Shown: positions 26,303 to 36,045, numbered from the stretch's first letter. The stretch: DNA of 64,000 nt from Polyangiales bacterium (GCA_964202905.1 CAXNJO010000006.1:224001-288000); one strand, 5' to 3'. Numbers and translations are program-made. Notes: generated by a model not told the origin, from the letters alone.

Positions 26303-27041
26303 GCGACGCACTGCGACGACTCCTGCGAACGAACGATCGGTGGCCGGCTACGTGCGCGTCAGCACGGACAAGCAGGCAGACGGTGGCGGAAGCCTCGAAG
26401 CGCAGCGTGAGAAGCTTGAGCTGTTCGCCCGCCTTCACGACCTCGTGCTCGTCGAGGTCTTCGTCGACGCGGGCGCGAGCGCGAAGAGCCTGGACCGTCC
26501 AGCGCTTGACCAGGCGCGGGCGGCGCTTCGCTCCGGACGCGCGAGCGGGCTGTTGGTGACCAAGCTCGATCGCCTCACCCGGAGCGTCCGCGATCTCGAC
26601 GCGCTGGTGACCGAGCACTTCGCGAGCGGTCGATCGTCGCTCATCTCTATCGGTGAGAACGTCGACACGCGTTCCGCCGCGGGCCGGCTCGTCTTGAATG
26701 TGCTCACGTCAGTCGCGCAGTGGGAGCGCGAGGCCATCGGCGAGCGCACGTCATTCGTGATGCGGTCGAAGCAGGCGCGGGGCGAGTTCATTGGTGGGCA
26801 ACCGCCGTTCGGATTCCGCCTCGACGCTCAGGGGGACCTCGTGCCCAACCCCGAGGAGCAGCGGACGATCGACCGCGTGATTCAGCTGCGCGCCTCGGGG
26901 CTCTCGCTCGCAGCCGTCGCACTCACTGCGAACGCAGAGGGGCACGTCGGACGGAGCGGACGCCACCTCGCCAAGACGCAGATCGCGCGCATCGTTCGGA
27001 GCGCGGGGCACGGGAGCCGAGCCCTCGCGGAGGCAGCATGA
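26301..27041 (+). CDS. Resolvase/invertase-type serine recombinase
   Basis: GYVRVST, DAGASAKSLDRPAL, KLDRLTRS, IGERT, GGQPPFG. Confidence 0.9.
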   Translation: MRRTATTPANERSVAGYVRVSTDKQADGGGSLEAQREKLELFARLHDLVLVEVFVDAGASAKSLDRPALDQARAALRSGRASGLLVTKLDRLTRSVRDLDALVTEHFASGRSSLISIGENVDTRSAAGRLVLNVLTSVAQWEREAIGERTSFVMRSKQARGEFIGGQPPFGFRLDAQGDLVPNPEEQRTIDRVIQLRASGLSLAAVALTANAEGHVGRSGRHLAKTQIARIVRSAGHGSRALAEAA

Positions 27042-27232
27042 GCGACAGCACGAAGCAGGTGGCCTTTCGACTTCCGACGGACCTACTCGATCGCGTGGAG
27101 GCGTACCGAGCAAGGCGAATCGAGGCAGCGCCGGACCTCGACCTCTCGCTGACGAAGACGGTGCGAATGCTGCTTGAGGCCGGGCTCGGGGCCGTCGAGA
27201 AGCCGGCCGGGAAACGCCCGCGCGGCCGTTGA
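27038..27232 (+). CDS. Ribbon-helix-helix protein
   Basis: MSDSTKQVAFRLPTDLLDRVEAY...SLTKTVRMLLEAGL; ATGA-coupled to the resolvase. Confidence 0.7.
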   Translation: MSDSTKQVAFRLPTDLLDRVEAYRARRIEAAPDLDLSLTKTVRMLLEAGLGAVEKPAGKRPRGR

Positions 27233-27316
27233 CCGCCCACTCCGCGCGCTCCCGTTCAACTCGGTGAGTGCGGGCTCAACGCAGGTGCGCGGCATGATGA
27301 GTTCAGGAGCGACCCC

Positions 27317-27643
27317 ATGAACCCGAACGACCCCCGACCTCTCCCCTCCGAGCACGACGAAGTGCCCGAGGACGCTCTCGCGGCCAGCCAACAAACCCTC
27401 GAAGCTCTCGGCGACGTGGCGATCACGCTCTTCCTTCGCGAGCGCGGAATCAAGGCGCGCAAGCGCCGAAGAACGTTACCGACGCAGCCGCGGTCCGACG
27501 CCGCCGACATCCTTCCGGAACGGTCGCCGCTCGCTGCCCCGCCGGTCGACTCCTCGGCGACTTCCGGCAGGGGCTCGGCGGGCATTCGCGCACGGGTTCG
27601 GCGCCGGACCGTCGAAGGCAGCGACGCGGACGGTGCCCCGTGA
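27317..27643 (+). CDS. Small hypothetical protein coupled to recombinase B
   Basis: AGGAG RBS; GTGA overlap with the LSR start. Confidence 0.5.
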   Translation: MNPNDPRPLPSEHDEVPEDALAASQQTLEALGDVAITLFLRERGIKARKRRRTLPTQPRSDAADILPERSPLAAPPVDSSATSGRGSAGIRARVRRRTVEGSDADGAP

Positions 27644-29187
27644 AGACGCTGCCAGGGAACGACGGCACCAGGCTCCGCGCTCTGATCTACGCCAGAGTTT
27701 CGACGAAGGAGCAGGTCGAAAACCAGAGCCTCGACACCCAGGAACGGCTCTGCCACCAACTCTGCGAGAGGGAAGGATTCGAGGTCTTCGAGGTCTTCCG
27801 TGAGGAAGGGGAGTCCGCGAAGACTGCGAAGCGCACGCAGTTCCAGCGCTTGTTGTCCGTCGCGGCGAAGCGCTCGAACAGAATCCGCTTCGTCGTCTTC
27901 TACGCCCTGGATCGATTCATGCGGAACGCTGCGGAGTTTCACGCCATCCGTGGTCTCCTGACGACCTATGGCGTGAACGTCCGCTACGTCATGCAGCCGA
28001 CGGACGACAGTCCAACAGGACGGTTCACCGAGGGGATCTCCGCGCTCGTCGCGCAGCTCGACAACGAGGTCAAGGGAGCTCGCACCCGCGATGGACTCCG
28101 CGAAACCGCTCGGTTGGGACGGTGGGTTTCTAAGCCGCCGATCGGCTATCTCGGCGGTGCTCGACGGGGAGCAGGGCCGAGCCTCGTGCTGGATCCTGTC
28201 CGCGCGCCTTTCATCCGCCGTGCGTTCGAGCTGCTCGCTGCGGGCCGACACGAGAAGGCCGAGATCCTCGCGAAGGTCACGGCGGAGGGTTTCTGCGATA
28301 CGAAGGGCCGTGCGGTCGCGAAGCAGGCATTCGACAAGCTGCTCCGGAATCCTGTCTATTCGGGGCGCGTCGTGTCGAGGAAGCTCGACGTGGACGTGAC
28401 GGCGGACTTCGAGCCGATCGTTACAGCCGCCGTGTTCGAGACAGCTCAGGGCGTGCTGCAAGGGCGGCGGGTTTCGCCCGACGCGAGGACGCTCGACGAT
28501 CCGCGTCTCCCCCTCCGCCGGTTCGTTCGCTGCGCACACTGCGGAACCCCCGTCACGGGGAGCTTCTCCACGGGACGCGGTGGCACGTACGGCTACTACC
28601 GGTGCCGGCTCTCGGGCTGCGCAGGCTTCAATGCCAGCGCGCCGATCGTTGAGGAGAAGTTCGTTGACCTTCTCCGGTCGCTCGAACCCCGTCGTGAGTA
28701 CCTGCGTGCGTTTGGGAAGGTCGTGCTGGCAGCGTGGCGGCTCCGCCGCGACAGCGCCGCCGACGAGGCGCGGCAACTCGCGGCGACGATTGAACGGCTC
28801 CACGTGAAGAAGCGGCAGATCGTGGACGCCCTGATCGACGGCCGGATCGCGAAGCCCGAGTACGATGAGGCGTTGGCGGAGTCGCAGCGCCAGATCGGCG
28901 CGGCACGAGTCGCGGAGCAGAACGCGCGTAGTCGCGAAGTGAACGTCGACGACTTGCTCGCCTTCGCAGAACGCATCCTCACGGACGTCGCCGCGCTCTG
29001 GCTACGCCTAGACGCTAGGGGACAGCGCGCGCTTCAGCTCGCGGTCTTCCCTCGGGGTGTCAGTTTCGATGGCGAAGTCTTTAGAACCCCTGAAATCGCA
29101 AGCGTTTTCACTCACTTGCGGGTGCTCGCGGGCAGCGCTGAAGATGTAGCGTCCCCAGGGGGATTCGAACCCCCGTTAGCGGCGTGA
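27640..29187 (+). CDS. Large serine recombinase B, C-terminus encoded by the tRNA antisense strand
   Basis: IYARVST, ALDRF, LLRNPVYSG, CAHC...YYRC...C; ends VASPGGFEPPLAA inside tRNA-Glu. Confidence 0.9.
   Translation: MKTLPGNDGTRLRALIYARVSTKEQVENQSLDTQERLCHQLCEREGFEVFEVFREEGESAKTAKRTQFQRLLSVAAKRSNRIRFVVFYALDRFMRNAAEFHAIRGLLTTYGVNVRYVMQPTDDSPTGRFTEGISALVAQLDNEVKGARTRDGLRETARLGRWVSKPPIGYLGGARRGAGPSLVLDPVRAPFIRRAFELLAAGRHEKAEILAKVTAEGFCDTKGRAVAKQAFDKLLRNPVYSGRVVSRKLDVDVTADFEPIVTAAVFETAQGVLQGRRVSPDARTLDDPRLPLRRFVRCAHCGTPVTGSFSTGRGGTYGYYRCRLSGCAGFNASAPIVEEKFVDLLRSLEPRREYLRAFGKVVLAAWRLRRDSAADEARQLAATIERLHVKKRQIVDALIDGRIAKPEYDEALAESQRQIGAARVAEQNARSREVNVDDLLAFAERILTDVAALWLRLDARGQRALQLAVFPRGVSFDGEVFRTPEIASVFTHLRVLAGSAEDVASPGGFEPPLAA
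29144..29155. repeat. att core direct repeat ATGTAGCGTCCC (copy 2)
   Basis: Overlaps the tRNA-Glu 3' end. Confidence 0.8.
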
Positions 29188-29222
29188 AAAGCCGCGGTCC
29201 TGGGCCTCTAGACGATGGGGAC
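29150..29222 (-). tRNA. tRNA-Glu(TTC), CCA not encoded
   Basis: GTCCCCATCGTCTAGAGGCCCAGGACCGCGGCTTTTCACGCCGCTAACGGGGGTTCGAATCCCCCTGGGGACG folds as a cloverleaf. Confidence 0.95.
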
Positions 29223-29230
29223 AGGGAGCG

Positions 29231-29305
29231 TGGTGAGCCGTGCCGGGATTGAACCGGCGACCGTCGGGTTAAAAGCCCGCTGCTCTGCCACTGAGCTAAC
29301 GGCTC
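29231..29305 (-). tRNA. tRNA-Lys(TTT)
   Basis: GAGCCGTTAGCTCAGTGGCAGAGCAGCGGGCTTTTAACCCG...GGTTCAATCCCGGCACGGCTCACCA. Confidence 0.95.
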
Positions 29306-29329
29306 GCCGGCGAGGTCGCGGGCGGGCGA

Positions 29330-29358
29330 GCCTTAGCGCCCGAGCGGGGAGGGGTCAA
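29330..29358 (-). promoter_or_regulatory. Candidate sigma70 promoter of the tRNA operon
   Basis: TTGACC-17 nt-TAAGGC upstream of tRNA-Lys. Confidence 0.55.
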
Positions 29359-29567
29359 GACGCTCGGGGCGGGGAGGCCGCGAGATCCCGTCTCGCGGGG
29401 CTGAACGCCGCGGTGGATCGGGGGCCGCGCCGGCACGTCGCGCGCGAACGCGGCGCCGCGCGGAGGCGGGGCCGCAGGCCCATCGGTGACGCGCGACGAC
29501 ATGCCCGCGCGACGACGCACCCGCGCGAACGACCCGGCGAGCCCTTCAACCTGCATGATCGGCGCGG

Positions 29568-30644
29568 TCAGCGCGCGCCGGTGTCGCGGCGGCCGCCCGG
29601 ACGCTTCTGACGCCGCTCGGCCGTCTCGCGGGCCTCACCGCGCAGCGCGAGGAAGCTCCGCACGCGCGCGGGGTCGGCCGTCCCCGCGGCGATCGCGGCG
29701 CGCACCGCGCAGCCCGGCTCGCGGTCGTGCGCACAGTCGGAGAAGCGGCACGCGGCGGCAAACGCGACGAGCTCGGGGAAGGTCTCGTCGAGCGCGGTCT
29801 CGTCCTCGTCGAGCCAGAGCCCGACCTCGCGCACGCCGGGCGTGTCGAGCACGAGCCCGCCCCGCGGGCGGACGACCAACTCGCGGCGCGTGGTGGTGTG
29901 CTTGCCGCGCCCGTCCCCGCGGAGCGCGCCGACCGCGTGCGCGTCGGCCGGGTCGAGCCAGGCGTTGAGGAGCGTGGACTTGCCGACGCCCGAGGAGCCG
30001 AGCAGCGCGACCGTGCGGCCCCCCTCGAAGTACGCCTCGAGCGCCTCGAGCCCGCACCCCGAGGTGGCGCTCGTCGCGTGCACGGGCACGCCCGCCCCGA
30101 GCACCGCGGCGACCTGCACCGCCGTCGCCTCGGCGCTCTCGGGCGGGACGAGGTCGGCCTTCGTGAGCACGACGACCGGGCGCGCGCCGCTCTCGGCGAC
30201 GAGCGCGAGGAAGCGCTCGAGCCGCCGCACGCGGAGGTCGAAGACGAGCGAGGTCGCGAGCATCACGACGTCGACGTTCGCGCCGATCTGCTGCGCGCCG
30301 GCGGCCCGCCCCGCGGCCTTGCGCACGAGCGCGGTGCGCCGCGGCAGCACGTGCAGCACCTCGCGCAGCCCCCGCGCGCCGCGCCCGCCGACGCGCACGA
30401 AGTCGCCGACCACCGGCGTCGCGACGTGCCGCAGCGCGGGCGAGAGCGCGACCCGCTCGGTGCGCGCGCCGATCGCGACGTCCACCTCGCCGCGGTGCCC
30501 GACGACGACGCGGGCGACCTCGCTGCCGGGCGGCGCCGGCGGGGCCTCGGCGAGCCGCGCCTCCCAACCCGCGTCCCAGCCCCAGCGCGCGAGCGGGCCT
30601 CCCTCCGCGTCCGCCCCGCTCCGCTCGTCCCGTGGCTCGTTCAC
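29568..30644 (-). CDS. rsgA: Ribosome small subunit-dependent GTPase A
   Basis: VVGDFV, TKAD, GSSGVGKS, GKHTTT, DTPG, CRFSDCAHDREPGC. Confidence 0.92.
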   Translation of the reverse strand: MNEPRDERSGADAEGGPLARWGWDAGWEARLAEAPPAPPGSEVARVVVGHRGEVDVAIGARTERVALSPALRHVATPVVGDFVRVGGRGARGLREVLHVLPRRTALVRKAAGRAAGAQQIGANVDVVMLATSLVFDLRVRRLERFLALVAESGARPVVVLTKADLVPPESAEATAVQVAAVLGAGVPVHATSATSGCGLEALEAYFEGGRTVALLGSSGVGKSTLLNAWLDPADAHAVGALRGDGRGKHTTTRRELVVRPRGGLVLDTPGVREVGLWLDEDETALDETFPELVAFAAACRFSDCAHDREPGCAVRAAIAAGTADPARVRSFLALRGEARETAERRQKRPGGRRDTGAR

Positions 30645-31315
30645 CGCCCGCCCGGATAGCACGTGCGCACGACGCGGGCCGTGAAGGACGCGCGCAGGTA
30701 GAAACCGCGCGGCATCGTCGAGGTCGGCACCTCGTCCTCGCCGGGGGCCCGCACCCGCGCGCGCCCGCTCCGCGCCTTGGGGCGCACCTGCAGGGCGGCC
30801 CCGCGCCGCGCGTCGAGCGCGTCGATCCCCCCGCGCGCGACGAGGCCCTGCGCGGCCTCCCAATCGGCGCGCAGCGTGGCCTCTTCGTCGACGTCCGGCG
30901 ACCACAGCCACGCCGTCCCCACGCGCCGCGCCGCCCACGCCACCCGCGGACCGTGCTCGATCGGCACCCAGAGCACGCGGGCGAGCTTCGCGCGGACGGC
31001 GCTCGTGTCCCAGCGCTCGCGCTCGATGCGGCCGAGCGGCAGCGTGCACACGAACGTGCTCTCGCGCGGGCGCCCATCGGCCGTCAGCGGGATCGTCTTC
31101 ACCTCGACGCCGAGCCGCGGCAGGTCCGGTCCCGCCACGCCCGGCCGCGGTCGCACGTCGAGCGCGCGCTCGACCAGCTCGCCGACGAAGCCCTTCGCGC
31201 GCCGGGGCTCGTCCGGGAGCGGCAGCGCGTGCAACCCGGCGAGCTCCGCGATCGTCCGACCGGCGAGCGCCCGCGCGCGCAGGAGCAGCTCGGCCTCGCT
31301 CGCGGGCTCGTGCAT
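30641..31315 (-). CDS. mutH: MutH/Sau3AI-family endonuclease
   Basis: KGFVGELVERAL, PDLP.LGVEVKTIP, ESTFVC, LQVRPK, RGFYLR. Confidence 0.8.
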   Translation of the reverse strand: MHEPASEAELLLRARALAGRTIAELAGLHALPLPDEPRRAKGFVGELVERALDVRPRPGVAGPDLPRLGVEVKTIPLTADGRPRESTFVCTLPLGRIERERWDTSAVRAKLARVLWVPIEHGPRVAWAARRVGTAWLWSPDVDEEATLRADWEAAQGLVARGGIDALDARRGAALQVRPKARSGRARVRAPGEDEVPTSTMPRGFYLRASFTARVVRTCYPGGR

Positions 31316-31402
31316 GCCGCGCAGCGTGCGCCCCGCGGCGCGCTGCGGGCAAGGCGCCCCGCGTGATCGCGCCGGCTCCGCGAGGGCCGCTGCGCCCGCG
31401 GC

Positions 31403-34400
31403 TCAGCGCAGCTCGGTGACCTTCTCGCCGAAGATCCGCTCGAGCTGCGAGAGCAGCGCCTCGCTCGGCTCGACGCTCACGCCCGTCGTCGGGAACGTCA
31501 CGGCCCAGCGCTCGCTCGAGGTGAGCTCGAGCGTCACCGCGCACGGCCCCGGGTGCTTCGCGAGCGTCTCGCGCAGCAGCGTCAGCTTCCGCGCGTCGAA
31601 GCGCTCGACCGCGAGGCGCACGCGCACCGCTTTCGTGCGGGCGCGGAGGGCCTGGGCGAGCGGCGCGACCTCTTCGAGCAGCAGCTTGGCCTCGGTCGGC
31701 GTGTCGCCGCTCGTGTCCTCTTCCTCGCCGCCGCGTCCACCGCGCTCGCGCTCGTACTGCACGTCTCCGGTGACGACGACGGGCTCGCCCGCCGCGAGCG
31801 TGTCGGCGATGCCCGGCTGGTCGAGGATCTTCGGCCGCACCACCACCTCGACGCGGCCGAGCGAGTCCTCGAGCGTGAAGAACGCGATCTTCCCGCCCGA
31901 CTTCGTGGGCCGGACGCGGTAGCCCTCCACGGAGCCGCCGATCGTCACGCGCGCGCCCTCGGGCAGCGTCGAGAGCGACTCCGTCGTCGCGTTGCAGAAG
32001 CGCTTCAGCTCCGTCGCGTAGCGGTCGAGCGGGTGCCCGCTCACGTAGAAGCCGAGCGTCGCCTTCTCGCGCGCGAGCATCTCGCGGACGTCCCACGGCT
32101 CGCAGGCCGGGTAGTCCTGCGCGCGCGGCGGCGTCCCCGCCGTCGGGCCCCCCGCGCCTCCGCCGAGCAGCCCGAAGAGGCTCGTCTGCCCGCTCGCGCG
32201 CTCGGCCGACATCCGCTTGCCGCGCTCGAGCGCAGCCTCGATCGCCGCGAGCCCCTGCGCCCGCGCGACGCCGAGCGGCTTGTGCACCGCATCGAAACCG
32301 CCCGACTGCACGAGCGCCTCGCACACGTTCTTGTTCACGCGGCGCACGTCCACGCGCGCGCAGAAATCGAACAGATCGCGGAAGGGCTCGCCTTGCGTCG
32401 CGGCGCCGGGCTTCTTCGCGCCGTTCCCGTCAGCGGCGCCCGACTCGCCTCGCCGCACCTCGACGATGGCCTCGATCGCGCTCTGCCCGACGCCCTTCAG
32501 CCCGCCGAGCCCGAAGCGGATGCGCGGGCCGAGCGGGTCGCGCACCACCCCGCCGAGCGCGACGGGTTCGTTCGGTCGGCGCTTCTTCTGGCCCTTCGTC
32601 GCGGCCTGCGCCGTCGCCGCGTCGTAGACGACGGTGAAGTCGACGTCGCTCTCGTTGACGTCGGGCGGCAGCACCATGACACCCATGCTGCGCGCCTCGT
32701 TCACGGTGCGGACGACCTTCTCGATCTTGTCCTTGTCCGCGCTCAGCGTCGCGCAGACGAACTCCGCGGGGAAATGCGCCTTGAGATACGCGGTCTGATA
32801 GGTGATGAGCGCGTACGCCGCAGAGTGGGATTTGTTGAAACCGTATCCCGAGAAATAATCGATGAGCCCGAACACCGACTCGGCCTCTTCGGCGGTGTGG
32901 CCCTTCTTCTGCGCACCCTCGACGAAGGTGGCTTTTTGCTGGGCCATCTCCTCCGCCTTCTTCTTGCCCATCGCGCGTCGCAGCAGATCCGCGCCGCCGA
33001 GCGAGTAGCCGGCCATCTCCTGCGCGGCCTGCATGACCTGCTCCTGATAGACGATGACGCCGTACGTGTCTTTGAGGATCTTCTCGAGACACCTGTGCGG
33101 ATACACCACCTTCACGCGCCCGTGCTTGCGCTGGACGAAGTCGTCCACCATCCCCGACCCGAGCGGGCCGGGACGGTAGAGCGCGACCGCGGCGATCACG
33201 TCCTCGAAACAATCGGGCTTCAGCTTCTGGAAGAGCCCCTGCATCCCGGAAGACTCGAGCTGGAAGACGTTGGTCGTCTCACCCGAGGTCAGCAGCGCAT
33301 AGGTGGCTTTGTCGTCGAGCGGGATGTGCTCGAGCACGAACGCCTTGTCCTGCCGGTCAGGGCGCTTGTTGACGAGCTTCACGGCGAGATCGATGACCGT
33401 GAGTGTCTTCAGACCGAGGAAATCGAACTTGACGAGGCCCGCCGCCTCGACGTCGTCCTTGTGATACTGCGTGACGTATTCGCCCGGCTCCGGGCAGAAG
33501 ACGGGCACGTTGTCCCAGAGCGGCCCCTCGCTGATCACGACGCCCGCCGCGTGCATGCCCGCGTGCCGCGTCAGGTCCTCGAGGCGCATCGCCGTGTCGA
33601 GCAGGTCGCGGATCTGCGGGTTCTCGCCGTAGAGCGCCTTGAGCTTCGGCTCCTGCTCCATCGCGTCCTTGATGGGGACGCTCTTGCCCTGCACGGGCTC
33701 GGGGATGAGCGCCGCGATCTTGCCCGCGTCGAGGGGCGTCATCTTCATCACGCGCCCGACGTCGCGGACGACGCTCTTGCTCTTCAAGAGGTGGAACGTC
33801 GCGATCTGCCCGACGGATGAACGTCCGTATTTGCCGCGCACGTACTCGATGACGCGGTCGCGGTTGTCCATGCAGAAATCGATGTCGAAGTCCGGCATCG
33901 ACACGCGCTCGGGGTTGAGGAAGCGCTCGAAGAGGAGCCCGTAGGGAATCGGATCGATGTCCGTGATCCGCAGCGCGTAGGCCGCGATCGCGCCCGCGCC
34001 CGAGCCGCGTCCCGGGCCCACCGGACACCCGTTCTCCTTCGCCCAGTTGATGAAGTCCTGGACGATCAGGAAATAGCCGGGAAACCCCATCTGCACGACG
34101 ACGTCCGTCTCCCAGGCGAGTCGCGCGCGATAGGCCTCCTCGTCCACGCGCTTGCCGACCGCGGCGAACTCGTCGAAGCGCCGCTCGAGCCCGGCCTTCG
34201 CGAGGCTGCGGAACAACGCCTCTTCCGTGACGGCGGGCGTGTCGGCCGTCGCCTCGGGCATCGGGAAGCGCGGCAGCGTCGGTTTGCGGTTCGGCGTCGC
34301 CTGGCCCGCGCACATCTCCGCGATGCGCAGCGTGTTCGCGAGCGCGCCGTCGACGTGGCCGAAGATCGCCTCCATCTCGCCCGGCGAGCGCACGTGGATC

Positions 34401-35119
34401 TGGTCGGAGCCGTGGTGCGCGCGCTCGACCTCCTCGACCGTGCGCCCCGCGGCGATGCACGAGAGGATCATCTGCGCGCGGGCGTCCTTCTGCTCGAGGT
34501 AGTGGCAGTCGTTGGACGCGACGACGGGCACGTCGAGGTCCCGCGCGAGACCGACGAGCACGCTGTTGAGCGGCTTCTGCTCGTGCAGCCCGTGGTCCTG
34601 CAACTCCACGAACACCGACCCGGGCTCGAAGGTGTCGCGCAGCCGCGCGAGCGCGTCGCGCCCCGCGCGCGGCCCGCGGATCAGCACCTCCTGCGCGAGG
34701 TAGCCGCCCATGCAGCCCGTGAGCGCGACGAGCCCACGGTGGTGCTCGCGCAGCAGGTCGAAGTCGACCCGCGGCACGCCCTGCACGAGGCCCTCGACCC
34801 AGCCGCGCGACACGATGCGCACCAAGTTCTGGTAGCCCTCCTGGCTCTTCGCGAGCAGGACGAGATGGTAGTGGCTGCGCTGCGCGACGTCGTCGCGACG
34901 GCCCGGCACGACGTTCACCTCGGCGCCGAGGATCGGCTTGATGCCGGCCTCCTTGCAGTACTTCGTGAGCTGCACGGCGCCGAACATGCTGCCGTGATCC
35001 GTCACCGCGACCGCCGGCATCCCGAGCGTCTTCACGCGGTCGACGAGCGATTTCAGCCGGATCGACGAGTCCAGCATCGAGTACTGCGAGTGGACGTGGA
35101 GATGGACGAACTCGGGCAT
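31403..35119 (-). CDS. dnaE: DNA polymerase III alpha subunit
   Basis: FVHLHVHSQYS PHP domain, GPGRGS, SMPDFDIDF, KFDFLGL, YGFNKSH. Confidence 0.97.
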   Translation of the reverse strand: MPEFVHLHVHSQYSMLDSSIRLKSLVDRVKTLGMPAVAVTDHGSMFGAVQLTKYCKEAGIKPILGAEVNVVPGRRDDVAQRSHYHLVLLAKSQEGYQNLVRIVSRGWVEGLVQGVPRVDFDLLREHHRGLVALTGCMGGYLAQEVLIRGPRAGRDALARLRDTFEPGSVFVELQDHGLHEQKPLNSVLVGLARDLDVPVVASNDCHYLEQKDARAQMILSCIAAGRTVEEVERAHHGSDQIHVRSPGEMEAIFGHVDGALANTLRIAEMCAGQATPNRKPTLPRFPMPEATADTPAVTEEALFRSLAKAGLERRFDEFAAVGKRVDEEAYRARLAWETDVVVQMGFPGYFLIVQDFINWAKENGCPVGPGRGSGAGAIAAYALRITDIDPIPYGLLFERFLNPERVSMPDFDIDFCMDNRDRVIEYVRGKYGRSSVGQIATFHLLKSKSVVRDVGRVMKMTPLDAGKIAALIPEPVQGKSVPIKDAMEQEPKLKALYGENPQIRDLLDTAMRLEDLTRHAGMHAAGVVISEGPLWDNVPVFCPEPGEYVTQYHKDDVEAAGLVKFDFLGLKTLTVIDLAVKLVNKRPDRQDKAFVLEHIPLDDKATYALLTSGETTNVFQLESSGMQGLFQKLKPDCFEDVIAAVALYRPGPLGSGMVDDFVQRKHGRVKVVYPHRCLEKILKDTYGVIVYQEQVMQAAQEMAGYSLGGADLLRRAMGKKKAEEMAQQKATFVEGAQKKGHTAEEAESVFGLIDYFSGYGFNKSHSAAYALITYQTAYLKAHFPAEFVCATLSADKDKIEKVVRTVNEARSMGVMVLPPDVNESDVDFTVVYDAATAQAATKGQKKRRPNEPVALGGVVRDPLGPRIRFGLGGLKGVGQSAIEAIVEVRRGESGAADGNGAKKPGAATQGEPFRDLFDFCARVDVRRVNKNVCEALVQSGGFDAVHKPLGVARAQGLAAIEAALERGKRMSAERASGQTSLFGLLGGGAGGPTAGTPPRAQDYPACEPWDVREMLAREKATLGFYVSGHPLDRYATELKRFCNATTESLSTLPEGARVTIGGSVEGYRVRPTKSGGKIAFFTLEDSLGRVEVVVRPKILDQPGIADTLAAGEPVVVTGDVQYERERGGRGGEEEDTSGDTPTEAKLLLEEVAPLAQALRARTKAVRVRLAVERFDARKLTLLRETLAKHPGPCAVTLELTSSERWAVTFPTTGVSVEPSEALLSQLERIFGEKVTELR

Positions 35120-35255
35120 GGGGCACCCCTAGTACCGGGGTGGCCTGCGGGTGTAAAGCGTCGCTGCGCGTCGCGGCGTCGCGGGTGTCGGCGCAGCGAT
35201 GCGTTGCGCCGGCGCGACGGGGATGCTACGAAGCGCGCCCTCTCGGGAGAACGCA

Positions 35256-35768
35256 ATGACGAAGAAGTCGCCGCTCGCTCAGCTCACGGAGCGCTTCACG
35301 GACAAGGCCGGCCTCATCAAGGCCGTCGAGGGGCTCGCGTCGGGCGACCTCTGGATCGCACGCACGAACGCCGACAAGGGTCTGGCGCACGTCTCGAACG
35401 CGAAGCTCCTGAAGCTCCACGCCACCCTCAGCACCGTGCAGAAGGAGTTCGGCTCGCGCGCCGGGCTCATCATGGCGATCCTCACCGCCGAGAAGCGCAC
35501 GAAGGACGAGGGCTACAAGGCCCGGCTCGAGAAGTACCCGACGCCGCGCCTCCTCGACGCGCAGCGCGCGGCTGCCAAGCGCCTGAAGGCCGCCTCGGCG
35601 CCGAAGCGTAAGGCCGCACCGAAGGCCGCACCGGCGGTGAAGGGTGCCGCGGCGAAGGCCGTGGCGCCGAAGGGCGGCGCCAAGAAGGCCGCCCCGGCGA
35701 AGGGCGCCGCCAAGAAGACGGTCGCCAAGAAGGCGGCCCCCGCGAAGAAGTCCGCCAAGCGCGGCTGA
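35256..35768 (+). CDS. Basic protein with histone H1-like Lys/Ala/Pro tail
   Basis: GGAG RBS; globular N-terminus followed by AKKAAPAK repeats. Confidence 0.75.
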   Translation: MTKKSPLAQLTERFTDKAGLIKAVEGLASGDLWIARTNADKGLAHVSNAKLLKLHATLSTVQKEFGSRAGLIMAILTAEKRTKDEGYKARLEKYPTPRLLDAQRAAAKRLKAASAPKRKAAPKAAPAVKGAAAKAVAPKGGAKKAAPAKGAAKKTVAKKAAPAKKSAKRG

Positions 35769-36045
35769 TCGCGGGTGCTCCCTCCGGGCGCGTCGGACGC
35801 TTCGCGGCGTTCCCGGCGCGCCCTTTGGTATTCCGTCGACCGGGTGTGTCCGGGCCTCCTCCCCTTGCGCGATCACGGGCGGAACCCCGGCGCCGCGCCG
35901 TTGTCGGAGCGGGCATGGCCTCTACGCAGAGTCCGGAGCATCGCGCTGCGCCAGACCTGACGGCGCGCGTGCCCTCGCGGGCGCGGCCTGTTAGGCTCGG
36001 GCGCGCCGGCGCGAGGCCGGCTGGACGCCCCGTCGTCGGGGCGAG

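Larger units (their letters stand above)
19079..29155. mobile_element. Integrative element B (~10 kb) flanked by 12-bp direct repeats
   Basis: Direct repeats, terminal LSR overlapping tRNA-Glu, and resolvase/RHH/RM cargo. Confidence 0.8.

Noticed and set aside
29568..32324. 918-aa RsgA ORF suggesting a fusion
   Set aside because: The N-terminal part is an off-frame read of dnaE and mutH; the real start is ~30644.
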